NCBI GenBank assembly: GCA_964414145.1
Contig: CAYPVH010000003.1
Location: 30,592 to 94,591 of the forward strand
DNA from: an uncultured Gammaproteobacteria bacterium
GTDB lineage: Bacteria > Patescibacteriota > Microgenomatia > UBA1406
Length of the DNA stretch: 64,000 bases
Direction of reading: 5' to 3'
The notes under the pieces: model-generated
Told to the model about the DNA's origin: nothing
The model's database searches: none
What the model saw: only the letters and a program-made list of their open reading frames with translations
Shown: piece after piece, positions 8,623 through 18,277 of the stretch
How positions within the stretch are numbered: the first letter of the stretch is position 1
Layout: every line of letters begins with the position of its first letter
Translations under genes and position numbers: made by a program

Positions 8623-9483
8623 ATGAAAAAAACTATCGTAACGCATCAACACCCCGATTTTGATGCCTGTGCCTCTGTTTGGTTAGTCAGTAAGTATATA
8701 CCTGGGTTTAGTACTGCCGACATTGAATTTGTTCCTGCCGGAAAAACCTTACCGGGCGAAATTGCCGATTACAACAACAATGTTATTCATGTTGACACTG
8801 GTTTTGGTAAGTTTGACCACCATCATCTTGAAGAAAAAACCAGTGCCGCAGAAAGAATATACAACTATTTAATTGAAAATAAATTAATCAAGAATAAAGA
8901 TAAAGAAGCCCTAAGTCGTTTAGTTGACCTAGTGACTTTCATAGATAATTTTCAGGAAATTCACCTTGAAAACCCAGACGCCGATTACCATGATATGTGC
9001 TTGTACGAACTAATAGAGGGTTTGAATTTAATAGAACCCAATGATCACAAAGTGCTTGAATTTGCCCTTCTTGGAATCGACGCATTTTTTACAGTGCTAA
9101 AACAAAAAGTTAAAGCGGAGGCAGAAATGAAGTTGGGTAAAGAAATAAAAATTAATGGATACAAAACACTTGTTATAGAAACGTCGGTTGAACAGGCGGT
9201 CCGCATAGCGCAAAAGCAAGGCTTTGAACTGGTGGTAAGAAAAGACAAGAAGAGCGGTAGAATTAGAATTAAAGCAAGGCCAGATTCTAGTATTAATCTT
9301 AAGAAAGCGTATGAGAAGGTAGTTAGTTGTGATCCGGAAGGGTCCAAAAACTGGTTTTTTCACAAAAGCGGTAAAATGCTTTTAAACGGATCCAGTAAAA
9401 ACCCAACTATAAAACCAACAACACTATCTTTGGAAAGTGTGGTTAATTTACTGAAAGAAAGCCTAAAAAAAACATCTAATTGA
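8623..9483 (+). CDS. DHH-family phosphoesterase-like protein
   Basis: THQHPDFDACAS (DHH motif I-like DxD), HVDTG, and FDHHH (DHH motif III). Confidence 0.55.
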   Translation: MKKTIVTHQHPDFDACASVWLVSKYIPGFSTADIEFVPAGKTLPGEIADYNNNVIHVDTGFGKFDHHHLEEKTSAAERIYNYLIENKLIKNKDKEALSRLVDLVTFIDNFQEIHLENPDADYHDMCLYELIEGLNLIEPNDHKVLEFALLGIDAFFTVLKQKVKAEAEMKLGKEIKINGYKTLVIETSVEQAVRIAQKQGFELVVRKDKKSGRIRIKARPDSSINLKKAYEKVVSCDPEGSKNWFFHKSGKMLLNGSSKNPTIKPTTLSLESVVNLLKESLKKTSN

Positions 9484-9595
9484 GCGTTGCCTTCGCAGCT
9501 GATTTGTTTTATACTATGTATGCAAAATCGGTTATGGATATTTAATAATTTGTGTTCTGATAATAATTAGAATTGGAGGTGTAAATTAAACACGT

Positions 9596-9784
9596 ATGGT
9601 TTCAGTAACTAAAACAAAAGACCAAAATAAAGATTCATTGCTTCGCCGTTTCACTCGGCTGGTTTCTGATGAAGGAATAGTTGAAGAAGTTAGGGAACGA
9701 ATGTTTCATAAAACTCCTTCATTAATTAAAAAAGAAAAACGGAAAGAGCTTGAAAAAAGTAAAAAACGTAGATATCGTTCCTAG
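9596..9784 (+). CDS. rpsU: 30S ribosomal protein S21
   Basis: 62 aa. LLRRFTRLVSDEGIVEEVRERMFHKTPSLIKKEKRKE follows the S21 pattern. Confidence 0.85.
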   Translation: MVSVTKTKDQNKDSLLRRFTRLVSDEGIVEEVRERMFHKTPSLIKKEKRKELEKSKKRRYRS

Positions 9785-9786
9785 AT

Positions 9787-10185
9787 ATGCTAAAAATATA
9801 TTTCAGTAGTGATGCCAGGTATGGGGTAGACCGAAAATTTGTAAAAACATATCTGGAAAAAATTTGGCAAGAAAAAGAATTGGGAAGTGGTGTTTTGAGT
9901 GTAGTTTTTGTGGGAAGCCGAAAGGCTAAGAAACTTGCCAAACTATATCTTAAAGATAACCAGGAACACCCGGTAATTACTTTTCCGTTAGTCACAAAAG
10001 AAAGGCAGTTTGAGCATGGCAGTAATAACGACAAGCTTTTGGGTGAAATAATCATTTGCTACCCACAGGTAACTTTATACGCGGCAGACCAAGATAAAGA
10101 GATTAACAGAATTGTTGGTCAATTTTTGGATCACGCGGTTACAATTCTTGGGAACGAACTTAGAAAGATTGAAAAGGCGGTATAA
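9787..10185 (+). CDS. ybeY: YbeY-like protein (rRNA maturation endoribonuclease homologue with degenerate metal-binding motif)
   Basis: LSVVFVGSRKAKKLAKLYLKDNQEHPVITFPL and GEIIICYP match the YbeY layout. The HGxLHLxGxDH site reads DHAVTILGNE. Confidence 0.6.
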   Translation: MLKIYFSSDARYGVDRKFVKTYLEKIWQEKELGSGVLSVVFVGSRKAKKLAKLYLKDNQEHPVITFPLVTKERQFEHGSNNDKLLGEIIICYPQVTLYAADQDKEINRIVGQFLDHAVTILGNELRKIEKAV

Positions 10186-10225
10186 TTTATTGTTAAAAAC
10201 CTGCGCTTTTGGTAACGTATAGGGT

Positions 10226-11257
10226 ATGTACTATTTAAAATATCGACCACAAACATTAACCGATATTGATAACAATACTCGCCAAATATTGCTACAGAAT
10301 GTGTTGAGTAACCCCAAAGAAGTGCCTCGTACTTTTTTACTAACCGGTCCAAAGGGTACCGGTAAAACGTCTACTGCCAGAATCATAGCTAAAATATTAA
10401 ACTGCGAGAAGAATATATTTGCGGGGAAGTCGCAAACAGTTGATCCATGCAACCAGTGTGACAACTGCATTGCTATTAATCGGAATAATTTTTTAGATGT
10501 TAACGAAACCGACGGCGCCAGTAATCGTGGTATAGACGATATTCGCAGTTTACGTGATCAAGTATATTACGCTCCAAATAAGGGCAGGTATAAAGTTTAT
10601 ATTATAGATGAGGTACATATGTTAACCAGAGAAGCTTTTAATGCACTTCTTAAAACACTTGAAGAGCCACCCAGCTTTGTTGTATTTATATTAGCCACAA
10701 CCGAAGCTCATAAATTACCCGAAACCATAAGTTCTAGGTGCTTAAATATTAGCTTTAATAAAGCCACAACCGAAGAAATAGTGCACTCACTGCAACGGAT
10801 TGTATCTGCCGAAAAACTGGTCGTTGAGCCGCAGGTTTTGGAGTATATTGCAGGCAAGGCCGGTGGTTCATTCAGAGATGCGGCTAAATACCTGGAACTT
10901 GTGGTTAAGTCAACAGACTTGTCGCTAACCCAGGTTGAAATGCAATTATCGGTTAATCTCATATTAAACCCAGATGACTTAGTAAGTTTAATTATGGAAG
11001 GCAAACAACAAGAAATTCTAAAATATTTAGAAGAATTTTCCCAAAAAGGTGGTAGCGCTGCCCACTTAATTGAAGAATTGTTACTGCGACTACAAAAAAT
11101 GTTAATAGATGAGAAAATAGGTAATGGTAAGAAAGCAGATATTGCTATTCCTAAAATAAGTCACCTGATAAAAAAATTACTAACAGCCTATCAGCAAACT
11201 CGATTTAGCCCGGTAGACATATTACCGCTACAAATTGCATTCGTAGATAATGACTGA
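10226..11257 (+). CDS. dnaX: DNA polymerase III gamma/tau subunit (short form)
   Basis: KYRPQTL, LLTGPKGTGKTSTARIIAK, zinc module CNQCDNC, IIDEVHML, and the SRC motif (SSRC). Confidence 0.9.
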   Translation: MYYLKYRPQTLTDIDNNTRQILLQNVLSNPKEVPRTFLLTGPKGTGKTSTARIIAKILNCEKNIFAGKSQTVDPCNQCDNCIAINRNNFLDVNETDGASNRGIDDIRSLRDQVYYAPNKGRYKVYIIDEVHMLTREAFNALLKTLEEPPSFVVFILATTEAHKLPETISSRCLNISFNKATTEEIVHSLQRIVSAEKLVVEPQVLEYIAGKAGGSFRDAAKYLELVVKSTDLSLTQVEMQLSVNLILNPDDLVSLIMEGKQQEILKYLEEFSQKGGSAAHLIEELLLRLQKMLIDEKIGNGKKADIAIPKISHLIKKLLTAYQQTRFSPVDILPLQIAFVDND

Positions 11258-13901
11258 TTTTTATAATCTAAAACAATCTCAGGTTTTGGAACTCTTAAAC
11301 TCTACAGAAAATGGAATTAGTAGTGAAGAAGCCAAAAAAAGACTGGAAAAATTTGGCAGCAATACATTGCCGTCAAAAAAGGGGACACCTCTAATAATAA
11401 AACTACTTTCTCAATTTAAAGATTTTTTGATTTTATTACTAATGTTCGCTGCCGGACTGTCTTTATTGCTTGGCGAAGTGGTAGACGCTCTGGCAATAAT
11501 TGTTATTGTTTTACTTAATGCTGTAATTGGGTTTGTGCAAGAGTATAAGGCTGAGCAAGCACTTGAGGCGTTAAAAAGCAAAGAAGAAGATACAGCTAAG
11601 GTTTTTAGAGACAATAATCTAAGAGTGGTTGATATCAAAAACATTGTTCCGGGTGATGTAATACTAGTTGAAGCCGGCGACAGTATTCCCGTTGACTGCA
11701 GAATACTTAAAGCCTATTCCTTAAAGGTTAATGAATCGATTTTAACCGGTGAATCCTTACCTGTTGACAAAACAGACAATTTAGTTGAAGAAAAAGCGGT
11801 TTTGGCCGAGCAGAAGAATATGCTTTTTAGAGGAACAACGGTGCTTCAGGGAAAGGCTAAGGCTGTAGTTTCGGAAACCGGAGAAGAAACCGAAATGGGA
11901 AAAATTGCCTTACTTTTACAAGAATCAGAAAAAGAAGATACACCCCTTCAGAAAGAACTCAATTCAATGGGAAAGCGGTTAACTTTTGTGATTTTGGGAA
12001 TTTCGGTTTTGGTATTTGCCATATTAATCTTTAAGCAACAAGCTTTTGTAGAATCTTTTTTAACGGCTGTGGCCTTGTCTGTTGCCGCCATTCCTGAAGG
12101 TTTACCGGCAATTGTAGCCGTGGTTTTATCTATGGGAGTATTAACATTGGCAAAAAAGAAAACAGTGGTAAGAACTTTGAAGGCGGTTGAAACTTTGGGG
12201 GCGGTAAGATATTTACTGACAGACAAGACCGGTACCTTAACTTGGAACAAGATTAACGTAGTAAAGTTACTAAGTAATAAAAAGCAGGAATACAATGTTA
12301 AAGGAGAAGGATATAAAAAGGTTGGCGAAATTTTAAAGTTGTCGGGAGCAAAAATAAATAAAGAAGAGATAGGGGAACTTGAAATGCTGGTTAATTGTTT
12401 AGTCGTAGCAAATAATTCGGAGCTTGAAACAAATGCCGAGACTCATGTTATTGGAGATACCACTGAAGGGGCACTTTTGGTGCTGGCGGAAAGATTAGGG
12501 CAATCTTATCAGAATATTCGCGCACAATACGAGTTGATAGATGAGGAACCCTTTTCATCTGACACAAAAAGAATGGTTGTTTTGGTTAAAAATAAAAAAA
12601 GTTCAAAATATTACCTGTTTGTAAAAGGGGCCCCAGAGATTGTTTTAAAAATGTCTAGGCATGTTGATGAGGAGTTTTATTTAAAAAAAGTTGCCAGCTT
12701 TGCCAAAAATGGTTTAAGGAACTTGGCGGCTGCTTATCGTGAAATTCCAGACAAAGATATTAATCAATATAAAAATTATTTACATAAATTAACCTTCTTG
12801 GGAATGGTTGGTCAGGAAGACGCGGTTAGAACTGAAGCCATAGAGGCTGTTGCAACAGCCAAAACTGCGGGTATTGATACAATTATGATAACTGGCGATC
12901 ACAAATTGGCAGCTTTTTCTATTGGCCAGCAGATAGGCATAGTTGAAAACGAAGAACAGGTAATTGATGGTAGTTTGCTGGACGATATTGGTGACAAAGC
13001 CCTGCTTCAAAAAATTTTAGGTAAAACCAACCCGGTAAGAGTTTTTTCAAGAGTTTCACCAGAGCAAAAACTACGAATAACGAAGTTAATCAAATCAGGA
13101 ACAAACAGTGTTGTGGCTGTAACCGGTGATGGTGTTAATGATGCGCCGTCGATTAAGGCGGCTAATGTGGGTGTAGCAATGGGAAAAACCGGATCGGATG
13201 TTACCAAAGAAGTAGCCGATGTGGTTTTGGCTGACGACAATTATGCCACTCTGGTTACAGGTATTTTTCAGGGACGCGTGATTTTTGATAACTTAATTAA
13301 GTTTATTAGGTATCTGTTATCATGCAATATTGGCGAAATTGTTGTGGTTTTGGTGGGAACGCTTCTTGGGTTTTTACATATTTTACTGCCAATACAAATT
13401 CTTTTTATTAATTTAGTTACAGATAGTTTACCGGCCTTGGCGCTGGGGTTTGAAAAAGGTACAAAGAACATAATGAAACGTGCGCCAAGGGACCCTAAAG
13501 ACCAAATTTTAAACTGGAAACGATGGAAGGGAATAGCAATTGAAGGCATTATGATTGGCTTTATAACGCTTTTGGCTTTTTATTATTTTCTGCCCCATGG
13601 CTTTAATTATGCCCGCACCGTTGCTTTTATGGTGCTAATTGTAACCCAGCTATTTCAGTCGCTAAACAACAGAAGTGAAGAAGAAACGATATTTCAAATT
13701 GGGTTCTTTAGCAATCAATTGCTTCTATGGGCAATTTTATTATCTTTTTCACTAACAGTTTTGGTAACTCAAGTTGGGTTACTAGAGGTAATATTTAAAA
13801 CAGAGGCAATTGTTTCTACACTTCATTGGTTGATTATATTTGCCATTTCCAGTTTAATTCTTGTGTTTTCGGGAGTTAGGAAAATACTAAAGTTTTGGTA
13901 A
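11250..13901 (+). CDS. P-type cation-transporting ATPase (type IIA, Ca2+-ATPase-like)
   Basis: 883 aa. TGES, PEGLPA, DKTGTLT, TGDHKLAA and GDGVNDAPS motifs, with about 10 predicted TM segments. Confidence 0.9.
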   Translation: MTDFYNLKQSQVLELLNSTENGISSEEAKKRLEKFGSNTLPSKKGTPLIIKLLSQFKDFLILLLMFAAGLSLLLGEVVDALAIIVIVLLNAVIGFVQEYKAEQALEALKSKEEDTAKVFRDNNLRVVDIKNIVPGDVILVEAGDSIPVDCRILKAYSLKVNESILTGESLPVDKTDNLVEEKAVLAEQKNMLFRGTTVLQGKAKAVVSETGEETEMGKIALLLQESEKEDTPLQKELNSMGKRLTFVILGISVLVFAILIFKQQAFVESFLTAVALSVAAIPEGLPAIVAVVLSMGVLTLAKKKTVVRTLKAVETLGAVRYLLTDKTGTLTWNKINVVKLLSNKKQEYNVKGEGYKKVGEILKLSGAKINKEEIGELEMLVNCLVVANNSELETNAETHVIGDTTEGALLVLAERLGQSYQNIRAQYELIDEEPFSSDTKRMVVLVKNKKSSKYYLFVKGAPEIVLKMSRHVDEEFYLKKVASFAKNGLRNLAAAYREIPDKDINQYKNYLHKLTFLGMVGQEDAVRTEAIEAVATAKTAGIDTIMITGDHKLAAFSIGQQIGIVENEEQVIDGSLLDDIGDKALLQKILGKTNPVRVFSRVSPEQKLRITKLIKSGTNSVVAVTGDGVNDAPSIKAANVGVAMGKTGSDVTKEVADVVLADDNYATLVTGIFQGRVIFDNLIKFIRYLLSCNIGEIVVVLVGTLLGFLHILLPIQILFINLVTDSLPALALGFEKGTKNIMKRAPRDPKDQILNWKRWKGIAIEGIMIGFITLLAFYYFLPHGFNYARTVAFMVLIVTQLFQSLNNRSEEETIFQIGFFSNQLLLWAILLSFSLTVLVTQVGLLEVIFKTEAIVSTLHWLIIFAISSLILVFSGVRKILKFW

Positions 13902-13915
13902 TAGAATATTAAGAG

Positions 13916-14698
13916 CTACTTTTTAATTAGTGAATAATAAGCTGCGGCGCTCTTACCCGATGGTGAGTTTTGATTAAAAATTTTTGCTAGCTCTTTGTTA
14001 CTGCCATAATTTTTAACATAAAGAGAACTAAACGTGTTCCAAGAGCCAAATAATATTTTAGAAATCAAATATGGCAGAGATAAAAAGTGATAAAGTTCGA
14101 TTAACTGGGCTTGTTTTTGGTTAATATAACCGGCTTTGTGTGTAATGGTAAACCCGGTTTTATTGAATATATCATTCCAAGTGGTAATTGAATATAGATT
14201 GTTGTGCGATTGCATTTTTTTCCAGAATAGTTTTGGTAGAAAAAGGAAATCTTCCCATTTATTGGTCATTACAGTAACGTATAAGTAACCACCTGGTTTT
14301 AACACCCGATAAATTTCTTCTAGGTTTTTAGAAAGGAAGGGTAAGTGTTCTAGAACACAGTTAGAATAAACAGTATTGAAACTACAATCTTTAAACGGAA
14401 GGTAGGTACCTTTGTAATGAACAAGCTGTTGGTAAATTTTTTGTTTGGCTGCCATTAAATCTGTGGCGCTTTCTAAAGCTTTGGTACTTATATCTACACC
14501 GGTTAGGTTAACTTCTTTGAAAAGTTTTGGGTAATTAATTTTTAAGGCTTGAGTGAAAAAACCGTCGCCGCAACCAAAGTCTAGTGTTTTACCCTTAAAG
14601 GTGGCGTGCTTGCCAAATAACTCAGCTTCTTTAGTACGAAAAAGCGACATAAAAAGTGGCCGTTGTTTTAGGTAATATTTAAAAAAGACTTTATTCAT
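13916..14698 (-). CDS. class I SAM-dependent methyltransferase
   Basis: LDFGCGDGFF SAM-binding motif and LKPGGYLYV motif. Confidence 0.75.
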   Translation of the reverse strand: MNKVFFKYYLKQRPLFMSLFRTKEAELFGKHATFKGKTLDFGCGDGFFTQALKINYPKLFKEVNLTGVDISTKALESATDLMAAKQKIYQQLVHYKGTYLPFKDCSFNTVYSNCVLEHLPFLSKNLEEIYRVLKPGGYLYVTVMTNKWEDFLFLPKLFWKKMQSHNNLYSITTWNDIFNKTGFTITHKAGYINQKQAQLIELYHFLSLPYLISKILFGSWNTFSSLYVKNYGSNKELAKIFNQNSPSGKSAAAYYSLIKK

Positions 14699-15815
14699 TT
14701 AATAATTTACTAAAAGCTTGATAGGTTTTATTTTGATTATGTATATTTTGTTTTAACTTAAACTTTTCTGGACTATTCGCTATTTCCAGTATTTTTTGTG
14801 ACAAACTACTTGCGTTTCCGGGTTCAAACAATAATCCATTGTTGTATTTATTAATTACTTCCGACACACCGGGTAGGTCTGCAGCAATTAATGGCGTGCC
14901 CTGACTTGTTGCTTCCAATTGTATAATACCAAATGATTCGGTACGGTTACTGGATGGCAAAATAAGCATATCGATATATTTATAAAAAGAAAATAGCTGA
15001 GATCTGCTAAGTGTTTTAAGATGTTTAACAGGCAGGGAACGGTTTTTTATAATAGACATTATTTTGGAGTAGTATTTCGATTCGCCAATAGTTAAGTTTT
15101 GTTCTGGGCCGGCAATATATAGTTGAACCCTTTTCTTGCTAGAAACTATTTGTAATGCCTTAAGTAGAATTTCTAAGCCCTTTTCTTGAGAAATCCTACC
15201 TACATAGCCTAATTTTAAGTGCGTGGTTGTATTCTGACGAGACAATTTTTTAGAAAAGTCATGACTAGGCTTTGCTATTTCAAAAGGTGGTGGAGTGGGA
15301 ACAACTTTGTGTAAGAATGGGCGCAAAATACTACTGGTTTTGGAATAAGACAGGCTGTTGGTATAAATCTTATTGCTTAAAGCTAAACAAAGAAAGCTAA
15401 TAGCATTTAATAAAAGTGAAACCAGACGATAAACAATGTTTTGCTTAAAACTTAAATCACAGTGGTATATGCTATATAGTTTTTTGTTAAGTATTTTGGT
15501 AATAATTGCCCCGAAAATCGCTTCGGCAGAGGGCAGGTTAAGTATTACAATATGGGACTGACTAATTTCCTTCCAGGCGTATACCGGGTATAAGAAATTA
15601 ATATAGCCTTTTAAGAATAATAGATGGGGCTTTATTCGTAAAATTTTTACCTTATTTATTATTTCTTTATATGGTAATTTATTGTCGTGATTGAAAGTTA
15701 ATATTTTTACCTTATGATTGGCTTTAGCAAAATATTTGGCAATTAAAAATGGGTAAAGAGATAGGCCGGAAATATAGGGGTAAAAATAAGAAGTGATAAA
15801 TAATATATTTTTCAT
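14691..15815 (-). CDS. glycosyltransferase family 4 (GT-B, GT1/GT4-like)
   Basis: The C-terminal ESFGIIQLEATSQGTPLIAADLPG matches the EX7E region of GT4 enzymes. Confidence 0.8.
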   Translation of the reverse strand: MKNILFITSYFYPYISGLSLYPFLIAKYFAKANHKVKILTFNHDNKLPYKEIINKVKILRIKPHLLFLKGYINFLYPVYAWKEISQSHIVILNLPSAEAIFGAIITKILNKKLYSIYHCDLSFKQNIVYRLVSLLLNAISFLCLALSNKIYTNSLSYSKTSSILRPFLHKVVPTPPPFEIAKPSHDFSKKLSRQNTTTHLKLGYVGRISQEKGLEILLKALQIVSSKKRVQLYIAGPEQNLTIGESKYYSKIMSIIKNRSLPVKHLKTLSRSQLFSFYKYIDMLILPSSNRTESFGIIQLEATSQGTPLIAADLPGVSEVINKYNNGLLFEPGNASSLSQKILEIANSPEKFKLKQNIHNQNKTYQAFSKLLNE

Positions 15816-15885
15816 TGCTGTTGAGGGGAGTAATCTATTATTTATTATATAATATAGAGAGACTTAATTACTAAGTTACCTAATT

Positions 15886-15959
15886 CGGGGATTAGCTCAG
15901 ATGGCTAGAGTGCTACGTTCGGAACGTAGAGGTCGCCAGTTCAAGTCTGGCATCCCCGA
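15886..15959 (+). tRNA. tRNA-Pro (anticodon CGG)
   Basis: CGGGGAT TA GCTC AGATGGCTA GAGT G CTACG TTCGGAA CGTAG AGGTC GCCAG TTCAAGT CTGGC ATCCCCG A. 74 nt. Confidence 0.9.
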
Positions 15960-16360
15960 CATAGATATGTCTTGGCGATCCTGAGAAGTTCGATTAATTC
16001 ATTGTAAACTTATCGAAGGAGAGCTTAGAGATATCAATGCCCGCCAATAAATGAGAGAATGAGCCGTGTACGTATAGTACCAATAAGGCGAATTCACGAA
16101 TATGGTGGGCAGATAACAATAGATAGTATTCAATAGACAAAATCAATTGTAAACCAGAAACCACGGGCTCAAAATCCGAAATAATCTCAAATTATTTAAT
16201 AATCAAATTCAAAAACAAAGTAAACACCAGTTTCCCGATAGATTTTATTCTTGATTTAGACCCAGATATTGAATACTATTTTAATAACATAATTAGATAT
16301 CAAAAAATAGATAAACTACACGCTAAATACAATCATAATATTTAAAAACAACCTATAGTA

Positions 16361-16369
16361 TGATATAAT
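16361..16369 (+). promoter_or_regulatory. extended -10 box TGATATAAT, 6 nt before ATG 16376 (leaderless configuration)
   Basis: Exact TGnTATAAT. No SD lies between the box and the start codon. Confidence 0.5.
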
Positions 16370-16375
16370 CTGTGG

Positions 16376-17917
16376 ATGGGCAAAGAACTACCAAGCGGTG
16401 AAGTCGTTGTTGAAACTACTTTAGCCGATAATCTGTATAGACCTGAACTTGAAATGGAATGGACCGAATTTGTTGCAAGGCTGGAGTATTATAGAACAGG
16501 CGAAATAAAAGAATTGCTTGGAATGAAGGGGAGTTCATTTGCTGAATTTACCAAAAAATATCGTGCTCACTTTGGTGGCGCTGGTACTATTAGAAAAGGT
16601 AAACAAAGGTATTATTCCAGAGAAGCGTTATTTAATTTACTTAAGCTTAAGTTAACCGAACTGGAGACTGCTTTAGTTTCTATTGAAGAAATAGCAGTAG
16701 TTTTTGACATGCAAAAAGAGGAACTAGAGACGTTGCTAAAAGAAATTTTACCTGAGGCTCTGGTATTTGTTGACAGTATGAATTTTACGATAAAGGCTGA
16801 GTATCTAGATTCTGTTAGAAGAGCTCTTGTTGATTCTGGACATATACCTAAAAGCGGAGCTGTTCGTTTAGATACAGTAAAAAAGTACTGTGGCATTGAT
16901 GTTGGTGATGCTTTGGTTGATCTAGAAATACCAGTTGATGATGTTTTTTTAACAAAATACGCAAGTGATGCAAAAAGTGCAATTGGAAGCGTGTTATTAA
17001 GAAGTTTCAGACCGACTGTGGTTAAAATAATAGAAGAAACTGAAGAGCATCCAGATTTAAAATTAGTATATAAAAGTATTCAAAGACGGGAAATTTACTT
17101 AGGGAGGTTGGCCGTATGTTCTGGCGGTTGTCCAGTAGAAGTTACTAAAGGAAACATTGAAGCATATTATAAGATTTATGATCTTGGAAAAAGAGTTTAT
17201 AGATATCTTTACTACTGTTCAGAAGTGGATACTGATGAAGATTTCATAGAAAAATTGGTAAAAATAGCTGAAAATGGTTGTTGGGCCTATAGGCTTATAG
17301 TAGAAAGTGTTTATCCGTTAATAATAAGCGAAGTTACCAAACGAATAGACTCGTTTAATCCTGAATATCAAGACATTGTTCAAGATTTGGCATTAAGAGT
17401 TGACTATTGGCTTAAAAAATATGACCCAACTAAGGGTGCCTTTTCAACTTATGTTGTTGCATCGATTCATAACTACTTAGTTAATAACTGGATACGTAGT
17501 TCAGGAAAAAAACGGATGTGGGAGACGTGTTTTGCAGACTTAAAATTAGAAGATCCTGATGCTGACGCTGAAGACTATCAAGTTTATTCAAGGTCTAAAA
17601 GTGCATTAAGAAATAGCGGAGGGGATGTTCCTAGTGTTGTAGCCACAAGGATGGCAGCAGACACAGTAAGAGACAGACTTGAGGTAGTTTCTGGAAATGG
17701 AGTTTCTGTGACAGATGTAAATTATACAAAGCTTAGATTTGGACTACTAAGAGGAAGAGGTGAATACAGCCCTACAGTTATAGCACGCTTAGTTGGTAGA
17801 ACGGATAAGCACGTTATGCATAGGATTGCAAAAGTAAGAGAAACTCTTGCAAGAGATGAAACTACCCGTCGTCTAGCAAGAGAATTTAGTATAGGTATTG
17901 ATGATGGTAAGCGGTGA
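16376..17917 (+). CDS. sigma-70-family protein with ~330-aa uncharacterised N-terminal extension
   Basis: Region 2-like IVQDLALRVDYWLKKYDPTKGAFSTYVVASIHNYLVNNWIRS. Region 4.2-like HTH YSPTVIARLVGRTDKHVMHRIAKVRETL. The N-terminal two thirds have no motif I recognise. Confidence 0.65.
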   Translation: MGKELPSGEVVVETTLADNLYRPELEMEWTEFVARLEYYRTGEIKELLGMKGSSFAEFTKKYRAHFGGAGTIRKGKQRYYSREALFNLLKLKLTELETALVSIEEIAVVFDMQKEELETLLKEILPEALVFVDSMNFTIKAEYLDSVRRALVDSGHIPKSGAVRLDTVKKYCGIDVGDALVDLEIPVDDVFLTKYASDAKSAIGSVLLRSFRPTVVKIIEETEEHPDLKLVYKSIQRREIYLGRLAVCSGGCPVEVTKGNIEAYYKIYDLGKRVYRYLYYCSEVDTDEDFIEKLVKIAENGCWAYRLIVESVYPLIISEVTKRIDSFNPEYQDIVQDLALRVDYWLKKYDPTKGAFSTYVVASIHNYLVNNWIRSSGKKRMWETCFADLKLEDPDADAEDYQVYSRSKSALRNSGGDVPSVVATRMAADTVRDRLEVVSGNGVSVTDVNYTKLRFGLLRGRGEYSPTVIARLVGRTDKHVMHRIAKVRETLARDETTRRLAREFSIGIDDGKR

Positions 17918-17956
17918 ACTTACAATAAACTGACATAGTTGATTTATTATATTAAC

Positions 17957-18190
17957 ATGAGCAGTTGGAAAGATAGAAATAATAAACTTCAAAAAGAGTA
18001 TGAATTTACCGGTTTTAAACAGGCAATCGAATTTGTTAATAAAGTAGCAGAGGTGGCGGAAGCGCAGAATCATCACCCCGAAATTTGCATTAACTACAAC
18101 AAGGTGCTAATCAAGCTACAAACACACGAAACAGGAGGGGTTACAGATAAGGATTTTAAATTAGCTCGTGCTATAGATAAGCTTGAATAA
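17957..18190 (+). CDS. pterin-4-alpha-carbinolamine dehydratase (PCD/DCoH family)
   Basis: FTGFKQAIEFVNKVAEVAEAQNHHPEICINYNKVLIKLQTHE is the PCD signature (..HHP.....Y..V.......H). ATG 17957 is preferred over TTG 17939. Confidence 0.85.
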   Translation: MSSWKDRNNKLQKEYEFTGFKQAIEFVNKVAEVAEAQNHHPEICINYNKVLIKLQTHETGGVTDKDFKLARAIDKLE

Positions 18191-18277
18191 GAAAAAGTAA
18201 ATTTTGGAAAAACTCTAAACGTCCCGCATATTTATTATATGCAAAAAAAATAATGTTTGTCTAATGGAAAATTAAGC

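Noticed and set aside
9575-9579. GGAGG upstream of rpsU as a Shine-Dalgarno site
   Set aside because: It ends 16 nt before ATG 9596, which is farther than functional SD spacing. It is left unannotated.
18226-18250. Hairpin GCATATTTATTATATGC followed by an A-run, considered as a terminator for the convergent genes
   Set aside because: On the plus strand the hairpin is followed by A's, not T's. On the minus strand the T-run precedes the hairpin. It is not a canonical intrinsic terminator in either direction.
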